Below are positions 10,770-24,049 of a stretch of DNA of 64,000 nt, piece by piece; position 1 is the stretch's first letter, and every line of letters begins with the position of its first letter. A program made the translations under genes and the position numbers. A model generated the notes under the pieces. The model was given only the letters and a program-made list of their open reading frames with translations, made no database searches and was not told the origin of the DNA. This DNA is from Cladosporium halotolerans (taxonomy: Eukaryota): contig NW_027191464.1 in NCBI RefSeq assembly GCF_011745625.1, positions 310,001-374,000 on the forward strand, read 5' to 3'.

Positions 10770-13700
10770 TCAAGCCGCCGGCCCCGACTCCCCACTAGGC
10801 GTCGTGCTCGCCTCCTCCTTAGCATCTACAAACCCGCTCTCAGGACTACTCGCTCCGCCCTCCCTCGCCGCATCCGCCGGAACCTCCAGGGCCCCGTTGG
10901 CCTCCTCCGTCGCCGGCGCAGCCTCCTCGCCCTCCGCCGGCGCCGCCGCAGCAGCCGCAGCAGCAGCCTGCTCCCTCTCCATCCTCTCGCGCTCCCTCTG
11001 CGCCGCGCGCTCGTAATTCTCCTTCCGCGCCCTCTCCTCCTTCACCAGCCGCACGCGCTCGACCTCCTCGACGCCGCCGCTCTTCTTAAGCTTGCCCTCC
11101 TCGACGAACGTCCCGAGCTCCTTCTGGAACTCGCCGCCGCGCCGGCTCTCGAGCTCGCGCTGGCGCGCGCGCTCCGCGCGCTCGATGGCCTCCAGCCGCG
11201 ACTCGTGGTTCGGCTGCAGCGCGCGCACCTCGCCGAGCACGCCGTCCTTGGCCTTCTGGGGGTCGGCGCCCTGGTCTTCGGCGAAGGGGCGGAGCGCGCG
11301 CGCGGGGCCCGGCGCGGGGGCGCCGTGCGGGTCGTCGGAGCGCGGGTTCGCGAGGTTCTGCTGCTTCGTGGCTTCCTCGACGAGGGCGAAGGTGGCGGCG
11401 GCTTTGTCGAGGTCGTCCTCGAGGTCGGCGGCGAGCTCCTCCTGCATCGTGAGGAGGTCGCGGTCGTCGCAGACGACCTGCAGCTCGCGCTCCCAGATCT
11501 TGGTCCAGACGGGCTTCTCGCGCTTGAGGAACTCCTTGAGCTTTTTGAGGTCGGCCGTCGCGGTGCTGATGTCTTTGCTGACGGTCTCGAGCTGGCGGGG
11601 GAGGGGCCGCACGCCGCGGGCGACGACGTCCTTGCGCAGGTCCTCGACCGTGTCCTGCAGGTCGTCGACACGGTTGACGATTTTCTCGCTGTCGTCGGAG
11701 AGGGTCTTCTTGCCGCCGTTGACGTAGGCGCGGCCGGAGTCCGGGTCCATGTCTGGCAATGCGGCTTTGGCGGCTGCGGGACCGATGGAGGCGGCCTTGG
11801 AGCGGATGGTGGCCATGTTGGCTTTGATGTCGTCGACGAAGGAGGTGTAGGTTTGGCGGACGACGGCGAGGTCGCGACGGAGAGATTGCACTTCGGAGAG
11901 TTGGCCGGTCTTGTCTTTGATGGACACGGCGCGGGAGGGGGCCGACGAAGGGGCGCTGGAGGAGGGTGCGCTGGGTACGACTGGAGCTGGAGGGGGAGCT
12001 GCTGCTATGCTGGCTATCTCCTTCGCGGAGGCTTCTTGTCGGTCCGAAACCCGTTGGATAGCAGCTTGCTGATCTTCCACGCTCGTTCGCATACCCTCAA
12101 TGATCCGGCGCAAGTCTCCAATTCCGTCGTCGATGTGTCTCTTGACTTCGTCAAGCTGCTCCACATTGAGGACGAGGACGCTTCGTTCTTTGATATCAGA
12201 GAGATCCTCGACCTCGTGTCGGACGCCAGAAACCGGGTCCTGGACGTAGATCTCAGGTAAGTCCACACCGTTGTTGTGAGTGTTCCACGCGAATTTTTCG
12301 ATAAATGCCAACTGTAGCCTGGGAATAGTGAGGTCCCCACCGTCCGGCAGAACGAACTTCTTGATCTTGCTCTTGTATTGCAGGAAAAGCGTGAGTTCTT
12401 TGCCTGGCTGAGGCGAGCTCTCCGGTATGTATTGAGACTGAGGAGGCGTCCGTTGGGGAGCATGGCTCAGTCGAGAAGATGTGCGTCTTGACAGAGTGTT
12501 TTTTCGTGATTCTGCAACGGGCGTAGCAGGCGCCGCCGGAAGCTCCTGCGGGGTGTCGTCCGGAGGAGCGTATTGGTCGTCCACCGGGCCATTGACGGTC
12601 GCTCCAATACCTTCGCGAGACTCTTGTGCTTGTTCCGGGAACGGGAAAGACTGCGCGAGCTTGTCTTGTGGCGTCTTGACAATCGGGCTGGCAGGGTCGT
12701 CTTTCGCGGCAAATGGTGGTTGCGGCGGGTCATTCTCGGAAGCCTCAGATATCCGCCGGACTTCATGCTGTAGGCGTGACGGCGAGGGTTCGTGGCCTTC
12801 GCGCTCCGTTCGTGATTTCGTCCGGTTGTGTTGCAGCACGCTGCGTCGAGACCTGACCGCGTTCATCGATTCCCGCACATCGCGTCCTCTATTCGGTATC
12901 GGTGAATGTTGCGCTGGAGGAATCGTCCCAATCCCGTTCACTGATGTACCCAGATGCTTCTGAATCTGGTAAGCCGAAAAACGCCTCGAGGCTCTCCTCT
13001 CTAGCTCGCCGCCTCTTTGTAGTGCTTGCAAAGCATCATTCTGTTTTGGTGGGGGCGGAGGCGGCTCTGGAGATGATTGCTCACGTTGCTCATAGCCTTG
13101 GTTTGTAGGCATTGTGTCGTTCTCGGGGTACGGCGCAATGACAGGGATGTTTTGCATTGTGTTGCTCGAGAGCGTGGAATCCGAGTTGTCTCTGCTGGCA
13201 GGTTGTTGCTGCGGCGGCTGCTGTTGCTGTTGATGCATACTGTTCTGAGGGCTGAGGTTTTGTCGTCGCGGAGATGTACGTCCAGGAACGCTTGTAGTCC
13301 TCGGTGGCAGATCCGGCCCTCCAAGCTCGCCGCTACCTTGCCTCTGCGCAAATGATCTGTGGCTCGATGCTCGTGAGGGAACATCTTCCAGTTGCTGCGT
13401 CAAATTCGACTCCAAACTCGCATTACTGGCGGTCGACGATTGTCGCGGCGGGCGAGCCTCAGCACCTTCCTTCCCATTCCGCTGCCTCAGCCGCTGCTGT
13501 TTCTTCTTAAGACCATGCAGCAGATTGATGATGATATCCCTAATACGCGGAAGGTACTTGTCCAGGCTCGCCTGATTCGCCTCTTGACTCAAAGTGTCCT
13601 CCAGAATGGCCCTGAGGAGGTCCGGGACGGGGCCAAGGTCCGAAGTGTCCACGCCGATGGCGTTGAAAGCTCGACACGCTATGTTGAACTCGTAGCCTAG

Positions 13701-13974
13701 GCGCACGTACACGTCCGAGACCTCGCTCTCGGCCGCGCTGCCGCGCGACCACATGGTCAGGGTTTCGAGTAGCTGCTTGGTCGCGACCAGGAGGTGTGTG
13801 ACGGACTTCTCGATCGTCGAGAGCTGCTGTTGGGGCTGCGGCGCATTAGCTGGGCCTATCTTGTGTCGTGACTTGGGCCGTCCCGTGTATACATACATTT
13901 TGTCTCCGGCTACTCCCTGAGGAGCGGCCGGCAGAGCTCCCGCTCGCCCTCTGCGAGTCCTCCGCCGAAGCCAT
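10770..13974 (-). CDS. BUD6: Actin-interacting protein 3 / Bud6 polarisome component, 2 exons
   Basis: LSTIEKSVTHLLVATKQLLETLTMW...VSDVYVRLGYEFN N-terminus; AIP3 core (LFLQYKSKIKK, VDDLQDTVEDLRKDVVARGVRP, EKPVWTKIWERELQVVCDD, GGVEEVER). Short exon 1 MASAEDSQR... from ATG 13974, intron donor GTATGT at 13896. Confidence 0.92.
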
Positions 13975-14774
13975 GCTGTGTAATGTGGTCGTCTCGTGTA
14001 TTAGGTATCGCGAGGGATGAGTTCAAGTCGAGAAGGAGAGCGGCGTGTCGTGCGATGATCGGGCGAACCGACGTGTATGCGGAAAAGCGAAGGCGGTGGG
14101 GAATACAGGAGACGACGGTCGCGGCGGTGGTGGTGTGGTGCCGGGACTACTGCACCCAGGTGGTGCGCGTGAGCTGGGCGAGCAAGCAAGCCAGCCAGCC
14201 AGCTCGGGAGGGTGTGCGTCTTCAGACGAGATGCCCCACGGGCAGGAACAGGCGGACCAGCGCGCGAGACGGCGGTGAGATTAGGGGCGCGTAGGTGTTA
14301 GGGCGGCGGGCGATGGAGTCGGAGGCGCGCAGAGCGCATGCAATTTGACTGACACGTCTGCAGATTGGCAGGCGGCGTGGGATGTGGTGTGATGGTGCCT
14401 TTTGGCTGCTGCAGCCCTGCGAGGCAAGTTGACGTGTGGAGAGACGTGAGCCGCGTACGGTTTGGGCGAGCTTCCAGCCCCAGAGACGTTGGCAGCACGG
14501 CCTTTACACCGCTCCGCTCTCGCGACAGATCATCGCGGGTGAGATCAGCCTACTTGGTTTTTATACGAGGGTACGGTGTAAGATCCTCACGTGCTCAAAA
14601 TGGCTGCGTGTCTGGGACTTTGGCGTTCGATCTTCGATCTGTGAAAGTCTATACATGAATACGTGCGTGACAATGCTGACCGCTTTGGGGTGACAGGTGG
14701 GTGGCACTGCTCTGAACCTAATACTTCTAAATACTCGTCGTTCACATTATGGCTTTCTCAATAGAAAACCTTGT

Positions 14775-15689
14775 CTAGATCCTCCCTATTTCGTTTCCAC
14801 AACGCTCCCATACATCAAGACCAGTCATAACACTAGTGACGAGCGTAACCCATCCCACAGTCCCCATAGACACTGGAATCCAACCCACAACGCTGCCAGG
14901 TAAAGCAAGGTCAAGCAAAGAAGCCACCAGTTTCCTCTTCAGCCGCCACCTTTGCCCTGCAATCTTAGAATCTTGAGCTTCCTTTTCGGCAGCTCTCCTC
15001 TTCTCGCCTTCCTTTCCCTCCTTCTCAAACTTCGTTTTGCTAGGCGCTGCTAAGGCCTGCATTTGATGAAGCCGCACCAAGCACGCCAGTGCCCCAGCCG
15101 CCAGCGCAAAGAACCAACAGCGCTGCGACTCGATCTTGAGCGCTCGCTCCAGCTCGGGACCCAAGATGGCCAATTCGGGGATCCCAAGCGCGTCCACGAG
15201 TCCCAAGGTTTCTAAGAAAAGGTAAAGCCCATTGAAAGTCCCCGCGAGCCCGTCCAATGTTTTCAGCAGAAACTGTGACGAGTCTGCCTGCTTGCTGCCC
15301 GCTGGTGCGGACATTGATAAGAAGACATTATATGAGTCTGTGAAGGCGTCGAAGAAGCGGAAGGTGCGCAGGAAGCGGCGCACGAGGCCTAGGAGGCTGT
15401 TTAGTTCGGCGAGAGGGCGTTTGAGCTCGCGGCCGGTGAGTAAGTTGGTCAATTGAGGGGTCGAGTCGGGTGGACTGATAGCTATCGCCAGCACGATTTG
15501 GACTGCGGCTTGGACGAGGCGGAATAGGCGCTCGAGGCCATCTTCGGAGGGGCGTGGTTAGCGTGTGGCGGAGAGAGCAGGGAAGATCCAATGAGATGGT
15601 AGATGATGTTATTCTGATTGAAGATTGACTGGCTACTTACAGGCATCCGTACTGAAGAGACGAAATTGATCGAAAGTCGATCCGGGCAT
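14775..15689 (-). CDS. PEX11-family peroxisomal membrane protein, 2 exons
   Basis: Exon 1 MPGSTFDQFRLFSTDA, intron ~15640-15543, then YGLERLFRLVQ...LGLVRRFLRTFRFFDAF...ESQRCWFFAL...LLDLALPGSVVGW...W. Confidence 0.75.
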
Positions 15690-16904
15690 GATTGTCTAGA
15701 GGCGTTATTCTTGATGGGCCCACGTGATTGTTCGGTCGAATTCTGAAATCCCAGCGACCAGTCAAGATAGAGTGTCAACGATGTTGGGGAAGGTAGCAGT
15801 GACTTGTAATATTGACATTGAGTGGTGAGCACAGTGCGAAAGACCGCCAAGGCTTCAATCAATCCAGCGGTGTCAGAACGGACAAACCTGTCAACAATGT
15901 ACACATCTGGTAGCACGAAGATATCACACGACAGGTGTTGCGAGTCGGCGAATTGGCTTTACCTACGCATGCGAACGCTCGAAAAGGCGGAGACAGACCC
16001 ACTTGGCGAGTCAGGCCTTGGATGATAGCGTGCGGATGCAGCATCACTTTTAGGCAGTGGTGGCAGTGGTATGTATGTCTCGAGCTAATCGCTGCACATC
16101 TGCCCGAAGATCCGACGTGGTTGGGGAGAAGCGTGGTCGCGGGTCGCGTGTGCACGTGTGCTCCTGCTTCTAGCGACATGAGAGTTTCACAGGGCTCTTG
16201 GTTCGCGGACGGAGCCAGCCGCTGCGCTTTGCTGGTCGTGCTACGCCCGAATCGTCCAGCATTTAGGGTCGAGTCGAGATGTTGATGCTGCGCGAGTGAG
16301 AGGCCGCCGCACCGAGTGTCTGCCTTTTGCGACATATCAGTCAATCCTGCTGTTTGCCTGCACCTCGTTGCTGACCGCACACCTCGCCCCGCCGCCCACC
16401 GCACGTGACAAACCCGCGCCCATCGGCGCAGCGCAGGCAATCGTCGGGCGAGGCGCGCTACCCAAGTAGGGCCAGCTCCCGGCCGCCCTGCACCCTGAGC
16501 CACGGCCCTGATCACTACATCTGCCCCAGCGACATCCTGCACCGCACCGCACTGCACGCACCGCACGCGCACCACCTGCTCTGCTCCCCCCTCACGCGAG
16601 AGGCCGCCGCCGCAGCCTGCCCGCCTACAACTCCTCCCCCTCGCCGCCGCCCGCCCGCGCGCGTTGTCGTCGCCCACCTCGCCTCCACCTCCGGCGCCGG
16701 CGTCGTTTCAAGCTTGATCCCCCCCCGGTGCCCTCCCCGACCCGCAGCGCACCGTCTCTCCGCGAACGCCTGAGCGAGCTTGTTGCTCCACCTGGGCACA
16801 GCCGCCGCTTGCACTCCGCCGAGACCACCGTCTCTCTTTCAACCTCCTCCCCTCGCCGCTCCGACGACCCCTCCCCCATCTCTCCCCCCGCCACGCGTGC
16901 AGCC

Positions 16905-19900
16905 ATGTCGACGGCCACTGCGAACGGTGACGGCGGCGCCAAGGGCTCCTCGGCTGCGCCCAAGCAGCAGTTCCGCGCCAGCACCGCCGGAAAGGCGCTG
17001 GACGGCGCGCGTAAGCAGGCCGGAAGCCCTGTTGACCCTCCCAGCAGGTGAGTCGCACCAATGGCCCTCGTTGCCTCCCGAGATCTGCCCAGTTCGCTCT
17101 TCTCCTCGTCGTCTCGCTCTCACGCCCCGCTCGGCCTCCAATGATGCGCTGGCCTGTCTCGGAATTATTTCTACGCCTTGGTCACGTCACGCATTGGCCT
17201 TGCACAGCAACCTCCACCATCCGCGTGCCCATCAGCCGCTGACCATGCTCTCTGACAGGAAGCAAACTCCCACACCACAAAGAGCCTGGACAGGCACGAA
17301 CCCCATAACCCAACGCCCGACCAACTCGCCCAGCCTCGCCAATGGCACCGACAGATCTCAGCCCAAATTTCCCTCACCATCGCAGAACAAGGGGAGCGCA
17401 GACGCCACTTCTGATAAGCATGCAAGTGACCGCCTGCTGTACCTCCTCGCGCACTGCACGGTAAATCACTCATGTGTCCCCTATTGTCCTCAGGCTGCAG
17501 ATGCTGACATCAATATTCGTACCAGGGCACCGATGCAACCCTAACACTAAAGAACGGCGAGCAGTTCACTGGAGTCTTCAGCGGAACTTCCACGGAGTCT
17601 CCGGATAAGAGCACATACCTCCTCAAGATGGTGAAGAGGACAAGGCTCGCGAGCCAGCAACAGACAAATGGAAACACCGAGCTACCAGACGAGTACATCG
17701 GGGAGGGAGAGGACCATGCTATGGCTTTTGATGTGCAGGATACTGCGGATCTGGCGGTGGCCAACGTCGTCACTGCAAATGCACACGCGACACAAAACGG
17801 TAAGCATAATTCGAGACAAGCAGCCTCGCCGTTCTCAAGTACTGACTGGCATTCAATAGGCTCAGCGGCTTCCAGTTTCCGGACAGATACTGAAATCTCG
17901 CGCGATGCGAGGATGCCTCGGGAGCGTGAGCTGCAGAGGTGGGATGGTGGCATGGACATGAGCTTGGATGAGATGGCACTCGAAAGCACAAGCAAGAATG
18001 GTGGAACTTCTTGGGATCAGTTTGCTGTCAACGAGCAAGCCTTTGGCACCCGCACAACGTACAACGAGGACGACTACACCACAGCGATCGACCGCAACAA
18101 CCCAGAATATAAGCGCCGCGAGCGTGAAGCGGAGAGGATCGCACGTGAGATTGAGGGGTCTGCCCCCGCTAACGCTCACGTCGCTGAAGAACGCCGCCAA
18201 AACACCGAGAATGACGACGGCCTAGACGAAGAGGAGAAATATTCTGGGGTTCGCCGTGACAACACCATGGCTCCTCTCAGCAAGGGTGGCGCTGGATCGT
18301 ACGTCCCGCCTTCCCGCAGACCGATCACCAGCCAGCCAACCGTCTCCGGAGCGCCGTTTGATCCTGCTATCATCTCTCTTTCCAAGCCCGTTCCTGCTCC
18401 TGCAGCCCAGCCTGCTCAGGCTCCTGAGAAGGTGGCGGAAGCTGGCAAGTCTGCGGAGACGCCTGCGAAATCAGAAGACGCCCAGGCTACTACCTCGACT
18501 GAGGCCGCAAAGGATCCCGATGCTGCTTCAGCCTCTCAGGCTCCCAAGAAGACGGAGAACACCACCGAAGATCATGTTCGCGGGACTGCCGATGCCTTCA
18601 AGCAGTTCGCTAACAACGAGAAGCTGAGATTGCGTGCGGCGCAGGAGCAGAAGCGATCCAACGCTCGCCATGAGAAGAATGTGAAACTCAACGATCTGAA
18701 GAAGTTTGCGGAAAACTTCAGACTCAAGAGTCGCGTTCCGGATGATCTGGTCCCCATTCTTGCCAAAGACCATGAGAAGCAGATGGAGATCAAGCGCAAG
18801 GCTGAAGAATCGGCTCGCGTCGACGAACAGAAGCGGAAGGAACAGGAGAAGGAAGGCACTGCACCAACGCCACCCAAGAATGCAGCTTCCCACGGCGCGA
18901 GCCCGGTGGATTCACGTGCGCAGGGACAACAGTCGCAGCCGCTGTCGCAATCGCAGTCACAGTCGCGCAACCGCATGTCTCAGAACCTGCGCGGCGGCCT
19001 GCCTCAAATGTCCTCACCTCGCGGCAACCCGCTTGCACAACGCCACAACCTGCCTTTTATGAACCAGCGCGGCGGCATTCCTCCACCTCAACCACTACCT
19101 GCGGACCTTCGCATTCCCAGTGGACCTATCACAGCGCGCGAAGGAGATATTTCGAGCCCGACCTCTTCCACCAACGCACGCTTGAATGTAAACGCAAAAG
19201 AGTTCAAATTCACACCAGGCGCCAGCAGCTTCACTCCGACCGGCGTCTCTCCCAGCCCGCAAAGAATGCCTGCCGGACCGCCTGCGGGACCGCCTGCCGA
19301 GGAGACCAGCGCGTCATTCTTCGATGGTATGGACAAGAAGAGCAGCGATACCAAGAAAGATGTCAACACGGACTGCGATACCATCAAGCGCATGAGAGAG
19401 GCCGAATATCCTGTCGAGTGGCAGAAATCAATCGCCGACAACGGCGGGATCCCTCAGCCTTTCCGCACTCCGCCCACTTGGAGCGTTCCCGCAGAGCGCC
19501 AGAACACCAAGTATTTGAGCGCCTTCCCTGAGCCTAGGTCTCTCAGCCAAGGCCCTTCTCCGATGCACACGCCGAACCCGGCCAACGGCCCCATGCCACA
19601 TGCCCACCAACTCCCGCCTCACCTCCAAGCGCCTCACATGCCGAACCCCGTCCAGCACCAGCGATTCCCTAACATGCCGCAGTATGGTGGGCAGCATGGT
19701 CACGCGCAGAACTTCGACCCGAGGATGCAATTTCCTGGCGGCCCTGGCAACAGTGTCCAGAACAGCCCTCGGTATGCACAAGCGCAGATGGCAAGCTTCA
19801 ATGGGCAGATGCCCATGCCTGGAATGCCTCAGTTTGCCGGCCAGGCTATGCCGGGTTATGGCATGAGCCCGAGCATGGGATACAGGCAGATGCAAGGTCC

Positions 19901-20495
19901 TGGAGCACCTATGATGATGATGCAGCCAGGTCAACCTCATACCCAGAGTAAGTTTCTTTCGACATGTTATCAAAAACCTTAGTCGCTAACACCACACGCA
20001 GTGAACCAAATGCGCCCTGGTTTCCCTCCCGGCCCTGCTTTCGGTCCTAACGTGCCGCAGATGGGCGGAGGTGCGCCAATGATGGCTCAGAACCCTTCTT
20101 CCAGTGGCTTCATGCCTCCTCAGAACCAAGGCTACTCGCCGATGCCTCCGCACGCACAGCCGCACATGCCTCACATGCCTCAGCAGGGTGCGGGACCGAA
20201 CGGCTACACTGGATCTCCTCGCCCTGGCCCGCACATGATGGCGCACTCTGGCTCGCACCAGGGCTTCTCGCCATACATGCAGCACCAGCACAGCCAACAG
20301 CCGCAAGCGCCCCAATTTGCGCCGCCTTTCCACGGACAGCAGCAGCAAGGCCAGAGGCACCCTAGCACTGGTGGTTACCCTCAGATGACGCCACGCACGC
20401 AACAGGCCATGCCTGCCGGACAACAGCCCGGCAGCCACGTGCCGAGCCCGGGTATGGGCGCGCAGCCTCTCGGACAGGGCGAGGAGCGGAAATGA
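16905..20495 (+). CDS. PBP1: Poly(A)-binding-protein-binding protein, Pbp1/ataxin-2 homolog, ~5 exons
   Basis: Sm-like segment (LTLKNGEQFTGVFSG), LsmAD motif WDQFAVNEQAFGTRTTYNEDDYTTAIDR...AERIAREIE, PAM2-like LNVNAKEF, P/Q/M-rich C-terminus. Introns at ~17048-17258, 17461-17525, 17800-17859, 19948-20001. Confidence 0.9.
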
Positions 20496-22330
20496 AAGGC
20501 TCGTTTCCGTCTCGATGACACTTAGCGGAATTTGGTCAAACCCTGATCAGTGGTTGACAACTTCACCCGGCCTTATCTGAGAACCTCTAGAGCCCACATG
20601 GAGAGATGTGGAAAGCGACGGCGATCTGTCGCGTCCATCGATCTCGTTTTGGCGTCGACCTGCAAAAGCAGGATACGCTGCAGCGCAGCATTGCAGTCCC
20701 AGCAGCATCACCCAGCATCACGTCTCTACCCGCGCACGACGCACCTTGGACCTCTCGTCGCTCACCGTCTAGAACGCCTTCCTGCATTCTCCTAAACCCT
20801 ACTTGAAGGCCGTGCCACCGAGACGTCGTCAAAAAAGTGCGCCGAGCATACCCTCACCTTACCCAGACTGGATCTATCGTGTGCTGCTCGGAGCTCTGGA
20901 TCGAAGTCAGCGGGACGCGTGCACGCAGAACAGGTCTGTGGTCATCAGCACAACCCCGCGAGTTCTGCGTCTGGCAAAGTATTTATTATCAAATCGTTGC
21001 GTTCAGTGTCTAGGCGCAAGAGCATCGCCGTTTGCATATGCAGCGAGCGCTCTTTGTAGTCTTTGCCTCCGGATGCACGAATGCCAGGGCGTGTTCTCGT
21101 AAACGGTATGGGAAGACGCAGGACGGAAGCTAATGGAACGGTTTGGGAGGGTTGGGTAAGGCAGAATGAATGGACGAGTGGACGCGGTGGACGGCTGGGT
21201 GTAGTAGTGTAGCGTAGGACAGGGCGGCGGTACGTGATTGATATGTGCCTGGTCTCCTCCCCTTTTTATTTCCGTGTGCCTGTCCTAAAATTGTCATGGT
21301 GAGATTAAACAATCGTCGAGCCACAAAGCCACTCCGCCCAACGTCGCGATCTCGCCGCTCGCTCGCGTGGCAGGCCGAAGACTAAATATCACCTTAAGAA
21401 AACGGCGCACGCACATCCTTCGCGCGAAAGGCTAACAAACCCACCGCCCGGTCTCAGGTCCAGGCCGAGCAGATCGCGCAGCCCAGCGCAGCCCTAGCTC
21501 TCTTCGGCGCGCGCCTCGCCTCGCCTCGTCGCGCCCGCTGGAGCTCAGCCTTGGGTGATTCGAGCCCATCCTCCCACCGGACCAGAGATCTGCTGGCGAA
21601 GGCTGCTGCGACTGTCATCGGATCGGACTCAGTCGCAGTCAAACTACCTATACATGGCATGTCACGCAGACTACCATTCGCAGCCCAGCCCTTGGCGCAC
21701 CGCACACCTCAAGCCTCCGCGTAGTATTATTACTGCAACTGCGTCGCGTGACGTCGCGGGAAGCGCAGCGCAGAAGGCCCGAGAGGGGCTCGACTCGACT
21801 GTCTGCGTTGCGTGGTGGGTTTCTGGTGAACGGGTGGCGCTGGCTGCAGGTCTTTGCGGGCCCCTCATCTCGACCCTGCGCTGCTGCTGCTGCTAGTCAT
21901 CCACTGCTGAGCTGCCCCAATGCTGCACCTGGCCAGGGCAAAAAGCATCGTGAGGCGTGTGGCCATAGCTGCCTCAGTTTCCCCTCACTACCACTGCTGC
22001 TGCTGCTGTTGTTTCTCGACTACTGTGTGCGACTGACTACTACTTGTTACTGAATGCATAAACCGACTGCGCGCATACAGCGATACAGGACAGGACAGGA
22101 CAGCACTGACGCCCGTCATCAAACGTTCGCGTGCGTGCCGTGACGTAGCCCGCCGGCCACCTCGACGCGCAAGACAATACCGGTCCGATTGTTCGCAGCA
22201 CAAACGGGCTGGCTGGGAGTTGACGTGACGGCAGAGCGAAATTCCTGCGCTTGCGCTTTTGTCGCGAGAGAGAAACGAACGAGCGACACCTGGATGGGAG
22301 AAAAGCGGCAGTAAAATACAGCAAGCAAAC

Positions 22331-23809
22331 ATGCCCTCCAAAGCCACCGCCGAGCACAACGAGGGCTCGCCGCCGCCCAAGCCAGAGCACGAAGCTCTGC
22401 TGCCGGGCGTCATGGCCCTGGCCAATCTGTTCAGCAACACCGTCGAGGCTTTCGGCCTGATTCGCGCCTCGCAGCGCTGGGAGAGGGAGGAGCAGCTGCT
22501 GCTCGTGCGCCTGGGCATCCAGCAGGCCCGTCTGCTGATCTGGGGCGACATCCTCGGAGTCTCGTCGCCGCCACCCTCGGTCACCAACCGCGCCGTGCCA
22601 AAACACCCCAGCGCCGCCTACCCAGATCTCAAGGAACCGACCTTCTTCGCCGCCCGCGATGCCCGCCTCGATGCCCCGGACACGCGCACCGCGGTCGAGG
22701 ACGCCCTCAGCACCATCGTCGACCGCTCCGCGCACACCTCGCGCGAGGAGATGATGGAGAAGTTCGGCCTCAAGCCGCCCAAGCGCTTCACGCCGGACTT
22801 CCAGCCCGCGCTCGACACCACCCGCCTCGAAGCCTTCCGCGAGAAATACGAGCTGCTCAAAGAAGTCGCCGAGAGCTACGCGCGCATCAACAGCCGCCGC
22901 ACCAACAGCATCGTCATGCAGTCCTGGGTCATCTCCGACCGCGCCAAGTTCGCCTCCTTCATCCGGCTCACGCAGGACCGCATCGACTTCCTCGTCAACT
23001 CCATGGGCGTCGGCGACCGCGTCGACCGCGCCATGCGCATGGACATCCGCAACTTCGGCTGGCACCTGACCGCCGACCGCGCCCGCGTCGCCCAGGACGT
23101 CAGCAAGCTCAAGCTCATCCAGGACGCCTGCCGCGACGACTACCCGCAGTACATCGTCGCCACGCAGCAGGCGCTCGACAACATCTCGCGCGAGAGCCGC
23201 GAGAGCAGCGGGCTCGGCGGCTCGTTCAGCTACAACCCCTACGCGGCGCCGACGTCCACGCCCCCGAAGTCTTCGTCCGCGGAACATAAGAAGCCCGCCA
23301 CCACCACCACCACCGCGCCCAACGGCTCTTCGCCAACCCCCAAACAAAACGGCACCACTTCCCCGGCAAAACGCCCCTTCCTCGGCTCCATCTTCAAATC
23401 CTTCCGCTCCAAATCCTCCCACGCCATCCCCAAATCCTCCCACTCCAAAACCACCCCGTCCACAACCACAACCCCGCAGTCCTCCCCTCCCCCCTCCCAA
23501 CCCGCCTCCCCGCCCACAATCGACCCCACCCCGGACCCCGACCGCAGCCTCTCCGACGCCGGCCCGCACACCGGCGCCAGCGGCAGCGGCAGCGGGCTGT
23601 CGCCGCCGAGCTCCTCGGACGGACTGGAGCGCGTGCGCAGCAGGAGTCTGGACGCGGGGCCGGCGCCGGCGCCGCTGGTGCCGTCGACGAGTTTGGACGA
23701 GAGGCTGGCGAGGTTGGAGACGAGGGATGCGGGGGATGAGGCTGCGGGGCTGGAGAAGATGGAGACGGTCAGGAGTATGATTAGTCGGCATGATATGTAT
23801 AGGGCTTGA
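22331..23809 (+). CDS. HeLo (prion-inhibition and propagation) domain protein with an S/P/T-rich C-terminal tail
   Basis: ALLPGVMALANLFSNTVEAFGLI...LLLVRLGIQQARLLIWGDILG and WVISDRAKFASFIRLTQDRIDFL match the HeLo pattern. Strong coding bias, intronless, ATG 22331. Confidence 0.75.
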   Translation: MPSKATAEHNEGSPPPKPEHEALLPGVMALANLFSNTVEAFGLIRASQRWEREEQLLLVRLGIQQARLLIWGDILGVSSPPPSVTNRAVPKHPSAAYPDLKEPTFFAARDARLDAPDTRTAVEDALSTIVDRSAHTSREEMMEKFGLKPPKRFTPDFQPALDTTRLEAFREKYELLKEVAESYARINSRRTNSIVMQSWVISDRAKFASFIRLTQDRIDFLVNSMGVGDRVDRAMRMDIRNFGWHLTADRARVAQDVSKLKLIQDACRDDYPQYIVATQQALDNISRESRESSGLGGSFSYNPYAAPTSTPPKSSSAEHKKPATTTTTAPNGSSPTPKQNGTTSPAKRPFLGSIFKSFRSKSSHAIPKSSHSKTTPSTTTTPQSSPPPSQPASPPTIDPTPDPDRSLSDAGPHTGASGSGSGLSPPSSSDGLERVRSRSLDAGPAPAPLVPSTSLDERLARLETRDAGDEAAGLEKMETVRSMISRHDMYRA

Positions 23810-24049
23810 GAGGGCTTCTTGGGTTAGGAGGGGGGGGAAAGGGGGGAGGTGCGCTTTTTTTTTCTTGTAGGTTTTTTAATTATACCCCGAGAGAGACGAG
23901 AATGGAACGCTCTGAAATTGGTCAATGGGACGGGACGCGTGAGGCTTCCGGTGAGAATCGGCTGGATGTTGTTGATGTGCGTCAAATTCAATGAATCATT
24001 CCATGAATGAGATCGGCGTTTTATCTTTCTACCCGTCTTCTAACCCTGC

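Noticed and set aside
10446..12260. 604-aa plus-strand ORF; similarly 7507-9321, 22040-23791 and 24062-25105
   Set aside because: Alternative-frame or antisense ORFs over real genes with high GC3; no independent motifs.
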